IMG/VR virus record: IMGVR_UViG_3300045988_134262
Source of the DNA: a virus
Length of the DNA: 50,295 bases
Direction: 5' to 3' (one strand)
In this document: one piece after another, positions 23,422-31,483 of the stretch
Layout of the letters: each line of letters starts with the position of its first letter
Numbering within the stretch: the stretch's first letter is position 1
The notes under the pieces: generated by a model
What the model was told of the DNA's origin: nothing
What the model saw: the letters and a program-made list of their open reading frames with translations, nothing else
Database searches by the model: none
Translations under genes and position numbers: made by a program

Positions 23422-23895
23422 ATGGATTTAGTAGAACATAGAAGATTATTAAATAGAAAAGGAAGTGATAATGTGAAGGAATGGGTTAAAGTTTTCGATG
23501 GAAATATTACAGAAATAACTAAAACCATTAATTTTAATAAATTGCCAAGTGGTGAATCGTTTGAATTTGATGAAGTTGTTTTTGAAATAAAGCCAGTTTT
23601 AAATAATACAGGTTCTTTTGTTGTTAGTGGCATCACTACAGGGATTGCATTGACTACTGCAAACACTAGTGCGGACACTGCTTTATCTATTAGTGGTCAT
23701 ATGACTGTTAATCCAATAGGAATTGAGGGCATCGTTATCTCTGAAAACAAAAACGGTTCAATAAAAAGTGAAATACCAAATTATTTCAATAAGTATTCAC
23801 GATTGAGTGGAAAGATTACATCAATCTCTTTTTATAGTACTACAAGTGCTTCTAATTTCACAACAGATACCACAATTCTAATTTATGGAAGATAA
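23422..23895 (+). CDS. Hypothetical fibre-associated protein
   Basis: Call based on position. GAGG RBS. Confidence 0.45.
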   Translation: MDLVEHRRLLNRKGSDNVKEWVKVFDGNITEITKTINFNKLPSGESFEFDEVVFEIKPVLNNTGSFVVSGITTGIALTTANTSADTALSISGHMTVNPIGIEGIVISENKNGSIKSEIPNYFNKYSRLSGKITSISFYSTTSASNFTTDTTILIYGR

Positions 23896-23908
23896 GAGAG
23901 GTGATTAT

Positions 23909-24247
23909 ATGCTTTACAAATTACAAGACAACATTTTAACAAAAGCACCAAAGAGCGTCATTATTGATGGCACTACATATATCAACAACAACGAAGTATT
24001 AAAGCAGTTAGGCTATAAAGAGTTAGTACATGATACTAATGTAGAGGCTGACTCTTATGTATCTAATACAACATATACAGAGGACGATACGCATATTTAC
24101 GAGCATTATGAGTGGTCGAAGTATGAATACACTGAACCTGTGCAAGAACCAACAATCGAAGAACGTTTGACAGAAACAGAAAGCAATGTAACAGAGTTAC
24201 AGATGGCTTTATGTGATATTTACGAAGGGATGAATAACAATGTATAA
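23909..24247 (+). CDS. XkdW-like protein
   Basis: Pattern MLYKLQDN..TKAPKSVIIDGTTYINNNEVLKQLGYKEL, and it sits before an XkdX-like gene, as in PBSX. Confidence 0.45.
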   Translation: MLYKLQDNILTKAPKSVIIDGTTYINNNEVLKQLGYKELVHDTNVEADSYVSNTTYTEDDTHIYEHYEWSKYEYTEPVQEPTIEERLTETESNVTELQMALCDIYEGMNNNV

Positions 24248-24371
24248 AATTTATGCAGATTTGATTGAAAAAGGTCTAAAGACTATTGACGATGTGCCTA
24301 CACGTATTAGGGATAAGGTCAAAAAGGAATTAATCAAAAGGGGTCGTGAAGACCTCGTGGGAGGTAAATAA
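24240..24371 (+). CDS. XkdX-like small protein (43 aa)
   Basis: MYKIYADLIEKGLKTIDDVPTRIRDKVKKEL. The size and position (fibre, XkdW-like, then this gene, then holin) match the PBSX order. Too short for the supplied ORF track. Confidence 0.45.
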   Translation: MYKIYADLIEKGLKTIDDVPTRIRDKVKKELIKRGREDLVGGK

Positions 24372-24373
24372 TT

Positions 24374-24640
24374 ATGGACTTTACACAGTTAACGCAGTAT
24401 TTTGTTTTAGTCGTAATGGTCGCTTGTCTAGTCGTAGGATATATTATCAAGACATCTTTTGATAAAGTACCAAATAAGTACATTCCAACAATTCTTGCGG
24501 TTGTTGGGGCCGTTCTTAACGCAGTAGTTAGTGGCATGTCTGTCAATTCGATTGTTTATGGAGCACTTATGGGGCTTGCTTCTACAGGACTACATCAGGC
24601 CTTTACTAGATTTGTTGAAGGTGAGAAAGAAGGTGTTTAA
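24374..24640 (+). CDS. Holin, copy A
   Basis: Two TM helices. GLASTGLHQAFT is shared with 42414..42674. Confidence 0.7.
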   Translation: MDFTQLTQYFVLVVMVACLVVGYIIKTSFDKVPNKYIPTILAVVGAVLNAVVSGMSVNSIVYGALMGLASTGLHQAFTRFVEGEKEGV

Positions 24641-24856
24641 ATGACTGAGGCACAGGCAGTATACACAGTTATTATTTGTGTTGGAGCGCTAATAGGAGTG
24701 ATGACTCCTGTTCTAAAATTAAATAATAGCATTACTAAACTAACAACTGCATTAGAATATCTAGCCACAGACAATAGAAGACAGGATGCGAGATTAGATG
24801 CACATGCGAAGGAATTGGATGACCACGAAAAAAGAATCAGTCATCTAGAAAAGTAG
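24641..24856 (+). CDS. XhlA-like membrane/coiled-coil lysis protein, copy A
   Basis: An N-terminal TM helix is followed by the coiled coil RLDAHAKELDDHEKRISHLE. Paralog of 42685..42945. Confidence 0.6.
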   Translation: MTEAQAVYTVIICVGALIGVMTPVLKLNNSITKLTTALEYLATDNRRQDARLDAHAKELDDHEKRISHLEK

Positions 24857-24867
24857 AGGATTAAAAG

Positions 24868-25164
24868 ATGAAGATATTCATATCGCAGCCCATGAAAGGC
24901 TTATCAGAGAAAGAAATCAAATCAAATAGAGAGAAGGCTATCAAAAACATCAAGAGCCTATACGGTGATGATGTTGAAATTATTGATAGTTATATCGATG
25001 ACGATGAAAAGCCATTATTTAAGTTAGGTAAGTCAATTGAATTATTATCAACTGCAGATATTATTTATTTATGCAAGGGCTGGAATAAGGCGCGCGGTTG
25101 CAAAATTGAATATATGTGCGCATCAGATTATGATATTAAGATTATTTTTGAAGAAGGTGATTAA
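24868..25164 (+). CDS. DUF4406-like (nucleoside 2-deoxyribosyltransferase-like fold) protein
   Basis: MKIFISQPMKG ... ADIIYLCKGWNKARGCKIEYMCA matches the MKIYIAGPm.G ... D.v..l.gW..S.G...E...A pattern. Confidence 0.5.
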   Translation: MKIFISQPMKGLSEKEIKSNREKAIKNIKSLYGDDVEIIDSYIDDDEKPLFKLGKSIELLSTADIIYLCKGWNKARGCKIEYMCASDYDIKIIFEEGD

Positions 25165-25166
25165 AT

Positions 25167-26054
25167 ATGAAGGTAAACGTACACGGTGGACATTCTCTTA
25201 AATGTAGAGGAGCAAGCGGATTATTAGACGAAGTAAACGAAGATAGAGCGGTAAAGAATAGAGTAATTGAATTGTTACGTGCAAATGGACATACTGTTTA
25301 TGATTGTACAGATGATAACGGAACAACACAAAATGCGAACCTAAAAGCAATCGTTAATAAATGTAATTCACATTCTGTTGATTTGGATGTATCTATTCAT
25401 CTAAACGCAGGAGGTGGAACAGGAACAGAGGTATATATCTATAACAGTAAATCAAAAGCAAAAGATGAAGCAACTAGAATTGCGGAAAATGTTTCTAGTG
25501 CATTAGGTATCAGAAATAGAGGAGTTAAAACAAGTACTAGTTTATACGTATTGAGAAAGACAAAAAGTCCAAGTCTTTTAATTGAATGCTGTTTTGTTGA
25601 TAACGAAACAGATAAAGTAAGATGGAACGCTGACAAGTGTGCAAAAGCAATTGTTGAAGGTATTCTAAATGATGCAGTAAATAATGTTACTCATACAGAA
25701 TCACCAAATCCAAAGCCAACAACAAACCATAACGCAAATGGCTATGATGAATGGGTAGCACGTTTACAGAGAGAACTAAATGATCAGTTTGATAAAGGTT
25801 TGGACGTTGACGGATTAAAAGGTCATAAGACTTTAAATGCATGCGTAACAGTCAAGCGTGGAGCAATGGGAAATATCACAAGATTAATTCAAGAAAGATT
25901 AAATAGCGTTGGATTCAGTCTTTCAACTGATGGAATCTTTGGTGGAAACACTGAAAATGCCGTTAAAGTATTCCAAAAAAATAGAGGATTGAAATCAGAT
26001 GGAATTGTTGGAAGAAATACATGGAATTGGCTTCTTAAAGGAACTAAGATGTAG
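25167..26054 (+). CDS. Endolysin: N-acetylmuramoyl-L-alanine amidase (Amidase_3) with two PG_binding_1 repeats
   Basis: The amidase part has HGGHS...E...D..SIHLNAGGGTG.EV...LLIECCFVDN. The C-terminal repeats are LQRELN...GLDVDG and VFQKNRGLKSDGIVGRNTW. Confidence 0.85.
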   Translation: MKVNVHGGHSLKCRGASGLLDEVNEDRAVKNRVIELLRANGHTVYDCTDDNGTTQNANLKAIVNKCNSHSVDLDVSIHLNAGGGTGTEVYIYNSKSKAKDEATRIAENVSSALGIRNRGVKTSTSLYVLRKTKSPSLLIECCFVDNETDKVRWNADKCAKAIVEGILNDAVNNVTHTESPNPKPTTNHNANGYDEWVARLQRELNDQFDKGLDVDGLKGHKTLNACVTVKRGAMGNITRLIQERLNSVGFSLSTDGIFGGNTENAVKVFQKNRGLKSDGIVGRNTWNWLLKGTKM

Positions 26055-26093
26055 TTAAAAAAATAGTAGCAAATTAAGGATAAAAAGTGGCAT

Positions 26094-26789
26094 ATGAGAT
26101 ACTTCACTAATTTAAATCAATTCTATTCTAGTAAGGAATGGAACAACCTAAAGAAATTTATAATATCACAACGAATAAATGAGAATGGTGATATTATTGA
26201 CGAGTATACTGGAAAACCAATATATAGAAAGTATGATATGGTCTTTCATCATAAGATAGAGTTAAACCTAACAAATGTAAATGACCCTAACATATCATTA
26301 AATCCAGATAACATTATGATTGTATCGCACAAGTCGCATAATGAGATACATGAAAGATTCGGATTCTATCAGAGCAAAGTTATACTAGTACATGGCAATT
26401 CATGCAGTGGAAAGACAACGTTTGTAAAAGAGAATAAAAGGATAGATGATATAGTATGCGATATAGATTCAATATGGCAGATGATTTCTTTAAATGAAAG
26501 ATACATCAAGCCTAATAGATTGAAAGAACCAGTGTTTGATATTAAACGTTCCTTATATGAGATAATTAAAACTAGAAGAGGTTCATGGTTCAATGCATGG
26601 GTTATAACTACATGTCCATATGTTATGGAAAGACAAAGGCTAATTGATAAATTAGGAGTAGATGAAGTTATCCATATTGATACTCCAAAAGATGAATGTT
26701 TAAAAAGATTATATGAAAACCCACAAGGAAGAAACATTGAGGAGTGGGCAAAGTATATAAATGATTATGCTAATAAGTATCAATCATAA
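26094..26789 (+). CDS. HNH endonuclease fused to a P-loop kinase-like (AAA_33-type) domain
   Basis: The N-terminal half has DMVFHHKIEL...IVSHKSHNEIH. The C-terminal half has the Walker A HGNSCSGKTTFV and VIHIDTPKDECLKRL. Confidence 0.65.
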   Translation: MRYFTNLNQFYSSKEWNNLKKFIISQRINENGDIIDEYTGKPIYRKYDMVFHHKIELNLTNVNDPNISLNPDNIMIVSHKSHNEIHERFGFYQSKVILVHGNSCSGKTTFVKENKRIDDIVCDIDSIWQMISLNERYIKPNRLKEPVFDIKRSLYEIIKTRRGSWFNAWVITTCPYVMERQRLIDKLGVDEVIHIDTPKDECLKRLYENPQGRNIEEWAKYINDYANKYQS

Positions 26790-26950
26790 TATATATAATA
26801 GGCATTATTAAACATATTATGATATTCTCCTTTCTTGTAATTTCTACGTTTAATATGTAAGACCTATTTGTATTTAGTAGAGAACTATTAAGACTAATCC
26901 TTTCGCTTGATAGTTCTTTAGTGTATACAAGGATATAAGGAGGTATATAT

Positions 26951-27088
26951 ATGAATAGAATACCTATGAAGAACAAGAGAAGAAAGAAGAAAGAGGAGTA
27001 TAAAGAACATAAAGACTATGAAGATATAAAGAAGAAGCATAAGAAAGAATATGCAGTGAAGAAAAGAATAAATATTGAGGAAAGATAA
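26951..27088 (+). CDS. Small highly basic protein (45 aa)
   Basis: Strong AAGGAGG RBS. The sequence is K/R/E-rich. Too short for the supplied ORF track. Confidence 0.35.
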   Translation: MNRIPMKNKRRKKKEEYKEHKDYEDIKKKHKKEYAVKKRINIEER

Positions 27089-27284
27089 TTATATGATTTC
27101 TTGAAAAGAATATGGATATACCCCAATTCAAAAATTGAATTTTGGTTCTAAAGTAAGTGTGATTGGGTCACGTTTTCCATACAAGCCAATTTTTCAAACT
27201 TTTCAAAAATAAAAACCCTAAAAAATTGAAAATCATATAAAATTATCAAAAATTATGTAAAATAAACAAAAAAGGTGTGATGAT

Positions 27285-27590
27285 ATGACAGAAGAGCAGT
27301 TAAAAAGTATATTTAGCAACTTAGATGATGGAAATAAGGAAGTTTTATCAAGTATGATACCAGATTTTCTTTTTGAACAGGAGCAGATAGAAAAGATTAA
27401 AGAAGCATTATTAAAAATAGGTATTCCAACTAGCAAGTCAAAAGCAGAACAAAAGAAATATCTTTCTAAAGAATATTCAGACTTATCTCAAAGACACGAT
27501 AGCAAGATTAAAATTATACTATCAACTTTAGGTAAGTTTGATGTTAAGGAAGATAGTCCATTGATGGAGATGCTAAAACAGTTTGAGTAA
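27285..27590 (+). CDS. Putative terminase small subunit (call based on position)
   Basis: Lies directly upstream of, and overlaps, terL and follows the HNH gene as in HK97-like cos phages. It has only a weak P27-like PDFL..E motif. Confidence 0.35.
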   Translation: MTEEQLKSIFSNLDDGNKEVLSSMIPDFLFEQEQIEKIKEALLKIGIPTSKSKAEQKKYLSKEYSDLSQRHDSKIKIILSTLGKFDVKEDSPLMEMLKQFE

Positions 27591-29331
27591 GCCTTTATAT
27601 CTCAAGACAAAAGAAACATGGTTGGAAACCTATCAAGATTGCATCAATAAAGGATATATTGATTTATACAATGAGGAAAAAGATGAATACATCAAAACAC
27701 CTTTAATAGTAGGAATGGAAATGAGAAAAGAAATAGATAAATTAGTTGAAGATCTTTCAAATCCTAAATATATCTATGATACAAAAGAAAGTGAAAAAAG
27801 AATTAGATTCAAGGAAACGTGTTGCTTTCAAGGGAAAAAGCCTTTCTTTATGAAGGCTATGAGTTTGATGCTACAGCAAAAAGCATTTTGGGAAGTTGTA
27901 TATAGTTTTAAAATGGCAGATACAGGAATAAGGAGATTTAATGAAGTTCTTGAATTAGTAGGAAGAAAAAACGGAAAATCAACAGACCTTGCAAGTGATG
28001 GAAATTTTGATTTATTTCTTGGCAGTGGTGGTGAGGATATCGTTTGTGCTTCAAATGATGATAAACAGGCTTCTCTTATATGGAAAGAAATAGGAGGTAT
28101 GAGAGGAAGGCTTGATACTAAAAATGAACTCACAAGGCAGAATTTAGCAGAAATAAGAAACGATATAAAGAACATCACAATATTTAAAATGAGTGAAAAG
28201 ACACAAAATAAAGATGGTCGAAATATTGATAAATGCTATTATGATGAAATGCATGATAGCAAGACTAATGAAATATTCATGGCATGTTGGGAAAGTATGT
28301 CCATTAAAGATAATCCGTTACTGATAACAAGTACAACAGAGGGTTTTATAAATGATGGGCTACTTGATGAAAAACTAGAATATGCTAGAGGTGTTTTGAA
28401 TGATGAAATTGATGATGAACATTTCTTGCCATGGTTGTTTACTCAAGATTCAACACAAGAAATATTCCAAGATAAATGGAGTTGGTGCAAATCAAATCCA
28501 TCTTTAATTTATGGAGTAAAGAAATGGTCATTCATTGAAAAGAATATGATTAAGGCTAAGTTATCAAAGTCTTCAAAAGTGCATATGTTATGTAAGGATT
28601 TTAATATCAAGCAGAACAGTGCAGAAGCATGGTTACAAGATGATTGCTTTTACCCTCAAAATATTTATTCACTTGAGGACTTTAAAAACTGCGTAGCAAT
28701 AGCAGGAGCAGATTTATCGCAGACATCAGACTTGACTTGTGTAACTATGATGTTTATGAGACCTAATGACGAGCATAAATATTTCTATAATAAATATTTC
28801 ATTCCCGAAAGCAAATTGGATAGCGATAAAAATGGGGGTGCAAGATATAGAGAGTGGGCGCAAAGAGGGTTTGTTGAAGTCCATGAAGGTAATAGAGTTT
28901 CACTTTCTAAAGTTGCTGAATGGTATTTAAAGGTATTTGAGCAATACAATATTAGAATATTTAAATTAGGATATGACCAACGTTTTGCAAATGATTTCTT
29001 AAATGCTATGAAAGAAATTGGTTACGGATATAAAAAAGGTGAAACTTGCGAAATGATAAATCAGAATAAATATGTAATGAGTACACCAATGAAACATCTT
29101 GAAGCAGACTTAAAATCTCAATATGTTCAAGGACTTAATGAGGTTGACTTGTGGTGTTTCAAAAATACAACTTTTGAAATGGATAACAATGAATTGATAT
29201 TGCCTGCTAAGATGAAAACAGAAATGCGAATTGATGGAACTAGTGCATGCATAGATACTTATGCGATATTATACAGATATGAGAATGAATACATGAAGCA
29301 TGTCAACGAATATAATGGAGGTGTTGAATAG
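27583..29331 (+). CDS. terL: Terminase large subunit (Terminase_1 type)
   Basis: Walker A VGRKNGKST, Walker B-like CYYDEMHD, and a C-terminal nuclease region. The TTG start is inferred because the first in-frame ATG is 43 codons downstream. Confidence 0.85.
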   Translation: MSKPLYLKTKETWLETYQDCINKGYIDLYNEEKDEYIKTPLIVGMEMRKEIDKLVEDLSNPKYIYDTKESEKRIRFKETCCFQGKKPFFMKAMSLMLQQKAFWEVVYSFKMADTGIRRFNEVLELVGRKNGKSTDLASDGNFDLFLGSGGEDIVCASNDDKQASLIWKEIGGMRGRLDTKNELTRQNLAEIRNDIKNITIFKMSEKTQNKDGRNIDKCYYDEMHDSKTNEIFMACWESMSIKDNPLLITSTTEGFINDGLLDEKLEYARGVLNDEIDDEHFLPWLFTQDSTQEIFQDKWSWCKSNPSLIYGVKKWSFIEKNMIKAKLSKSSKVHMLCKDFNIKQNSAEAWLQDDCFYPQNIYSLEDFKNCVAIAGADLSQTSDLTCVTMMFMRPNDEHKYFYNKYFIPESKLDSDKNGGARYREWAQRGFVEVHEGNRVSLSKVAEWYLKVFEQYNIRIFKLGYDQRFANDFLNAMKEIGYGYKKGETCEMINQNKYVMSTPMKHLEADLKSQYVQGLNEVDLWCFKNTTFEMDNNELILPAKMKTEMRIDGTSACIDTYAILYRYENEYMKHVNEYNGGVE

Positions 29332-30578
29332 TGGGATTAATTGATAAATTAGCAAAATATGCAATAAATAAATCTTTTACATGGGCGAGCAGTACAAACG
29401 GAACACCGTCATTTTCTCAATTTGGAGATAATATAATGAATGATGAAACCGTCTTTACAATCACAAATAGAATCCTAGATGAATATTCTAAATTAAAACC
29501 AAGACATATAAGAATCGTCAATGGAAAAGAAGTCAAAGTTACTGATAACAATATCAATGAGGTTTTACAGAATCCAAATAATCTCATGACACAAAGCGAT
29601 TTCTTGAGGAAATGTGCATGGTTACGAGAAACATATAAGAATTGTTTTATTTATCCTACTTATGACCTTTATTATAATCCTACAAATGGAAGAACTAAAA
29701 AGGTGTATAAAGCATTATATCCTTTAAACCCTGTTAGAGTTGATTTTTATGAAGATGATTTAGGCATCATATATGTTGACTTTACTTTTAAAAATGGAAA
29801 TCATAGTGGAAAATTAAGATATGATGAAATCATTCATTGGCGAAAAGAGTTTGGAGAAAATGAATATATGGGTGGAGATATAAATGGAACTGCAAACAAC
29901 ACAACGCTTTTAAAACATCTACAAACTAATGATAAGATGATACAAGCAACATTTAAATCAATAGAAGGATCATTAAAAGTAACGGGTATATTCAGAATGT
30001 CTGGTTTAATCGGAAAAGATAAACTTGAAAAAGAAAGAGAAGAATTTGAAAAAAAATTAAATGATGATAAGAACGGTTTTGTTATACTAGACCAAGGAAC
30101 TGATTATACTCCTATTCCTTTTTATGGAAGAAGTGTCAATAAAGATTTATTAAAGTTTTTTGATGATAAAATCAGAAGACATTATGGAGTTAGTGAAGAA
30201 ATATTAAACGGCAAATATACAAGCGAAGACAAAGAAGCATTCTATGAAACTGTAATTGAAAGTGGTGCTATCAGTTTAGGACAGGCTATTGAAAGAGTAA
30301 TGCTTACACCATTTGCAAGAAAAAACGGAAATAGCATTTTATGCTATACAAGTGAAATACAGATGATGAGTGCAGATAAGAAACTAAAACTTGCAGAACT
30401 ATTATTGCCTGTCGGTGGTGTAACTAACAACCAAGTATTAAGTTGGTTTGGAGAACAACCATATGAAGGAGGAGACGAGCGTTTTATGTCATTAAATTAT
30501 ATCAAGACAAAAGATGCTTCTAAGTATCAAGTAGGAGAACAGAATAATCAGAATGACAGTGGTTCAAATAGTGAATAA
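29331..30578 (+). CDS. Portal protein (HK97 family)
   Basis: Size and position match a portal. GTG start overlaps the terL stop. Confidence 0.75.
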   Translation: MGLIDKLAKYAINKSFTWASSTNGTPSFSQFGDNIMNDETVFTITNRILDEYSKLKPRHIRIVNGKEVKVTDNNINEVLQNPNNLMTQSDFLRKCAWLRETYKNCFIYPTYDLYYNPTNGRTKKVYKALYPLNPVRVDFYEDDLGIIYVDFTFKNGNHSGKLRYDEIIHWRKEFGENEYMGGDINGTANNTTLLKHLQTNDKMIQATFKSIEGSLKVTGIFRMSGLIGKDKLEKEREEFEKKLNDDKNGFVILDQGTDYTPIPFYGRSVNKDLLKFFDDKIRRHYGVSEEILNGKYTSEDKEAFYETVIESGAISLGQAIERVMLTPFARKNGNSILCYTSEIQMMSADKKLKLAELLLPVGGVTNNQVLSWFGEQPYEGGDERFMSLNYIKTKDASKYQVGEQNNQNDSGSNSE

Positions 30579-30583
30579 AAGTT

Positions 30584-30612
30584 TTCAAAGTATATAAAAA
30601 ACATGATATAAT
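30584..30612 (+). promoter_or_regulatory. Promoter with extended -10 (TTCAAA-17-TGATATAAT region)
   Basis: Read directly, upstream of the small zinc-ribbon gene. Confidence 0.4.
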
Positions 30613-30634
30613 TAAGGTGTGAATGAGGTATTAT

Positions 30635-30784
30635 ATGGTTATTAATGGGTGGTATTGTTGCCCTAAATGTAAGCAGAAATTATTTAAAGTAAGTAATGAT
30701 TTCATTGCAAAGGGCATTCAATTAAAATGCAAGAGATGCAAGACTATTATTAATATAAATGAGCCTATGAGCCTATCACATTAA
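30635..30784 (+). CDS. Cysteine-rich KTR-like zinc-ribbon protein (49 aa)
   Basis: WYCCPKCKQKL...LKCKRCKTIININ gives two CxxC pairs. Confidence 0.5.
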   Translation: MVINGWYCCPKCKQKLFKVSNDFIAKGIQLKCKRCKTIININEPMSLSH

Positions 30785-30803
30785 GTTGATAGGTTCATTT
30801 TTT
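30772..30803 (+). terminator. Rho-independent terminator
   Basis: CCTATCA-cattaagt-TGATAGG followed by TTCATTTTTT. Confidence 0.65.
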
Positions 30804-30826
30804 ATATAAAAAAAGGTGGTGAGCGT

Positions 30827-31483
30827 ATGAGTAAGTTAAAGACAGATTATAGAAGTCTTAAAGAAAATAAGGAAATGCGAATAAAAGAAATTAGAGCAGA
30901 TGAAGCAACCAACGAAGACGGAACAAAGAAAATGGTTGTTGAAGGCTATGCAAGCGTATTTGATGAAGAAACATTGATTGAGGATTATGACCTTACTTAT
31001 ATAGAAGTAATTAGAAAAGGTGCGTTTGATGATGCAGATTTTACAGACTGCTGTCTCAAGTATAATCATGGAGATGCAAAAGGAATTCTAGCAAGAACAA
31101 GAAATGGAAGCCTTAAATGCACTGTTGATGAAAAAGGATTATTCATAAGAGCAGAATTAATAGATACAACTGATAATGTAGATATTTATAAATGCATTAA
31201 AGCAGGATTATTGGATAAGATGTCTTTTTGCTTTACTGTTGAGGAACACGAACTAGACCAAAACACAAAGCCTATAAAAAGATATATCACTAAGATAAAG
31301 AAAGTTTGGGATTGCGCAGTGGTAGATGTACCTGCGTATGACGGAACTTCTATATATGCACGTAGTAGGAAGATAGTGGAGACTGAACTGAACCGTAGCA
31401 AGTCATTGGAGAATGACAAGAAAACATTGGAGAATGTTGAATTAGAAAGATTAAAAGCAAAAATTAAAGGAGGATTTATGTAA
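30827..31483 (+). CDS. Prohead maturation protease (HK97 family, S78/U35)
   Basis: VEGYASVFDEE...EVIRKGAFD...YNHG fits the family, and it sits between portal and capsid. Confidence 0.8.
   Translation: MSKLKTDYRSLKENKEMRIKEIRADEATNEDGTKKMVVEGYASVFDEETLIEDYDLTYIEVIRKGAFDDADFTDCCLKYNHGDAKGILARTRNGSLKCTVDEKGLFIRAELIDTTDNVDIYKCIKAGLLDKMSFCFTVEEHELDQNTKPIKRYITKIKKVWDCAVVDVPAYDGTSIYARSRKIVETELNRSKSLENDKKTLENVELERLKAKIKGGFM

Noticed and set aside
23145-23678. 177-aa minus-strand ORF across the fibre genes
   Set aside because: It is antisense to two + strand genes that have good RBSs and fibre motifs. It is judged spurious. The other minus-strand ORFs nested in + genes are judged the same way (for example 26369..26737, 27828..28178, 33458..33760).
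19970-25170. Higher G+C of the fibre/lysis block as proof of horizontal acquisition
   Set aside because: My hand counts show that the other late genes, for example the capsid gene near 32100, are also around 40% G+C versus about 28% in early genes. The shift is mainly an early/late difference. Only the holin A versus holin B contrast is retained as an observation.
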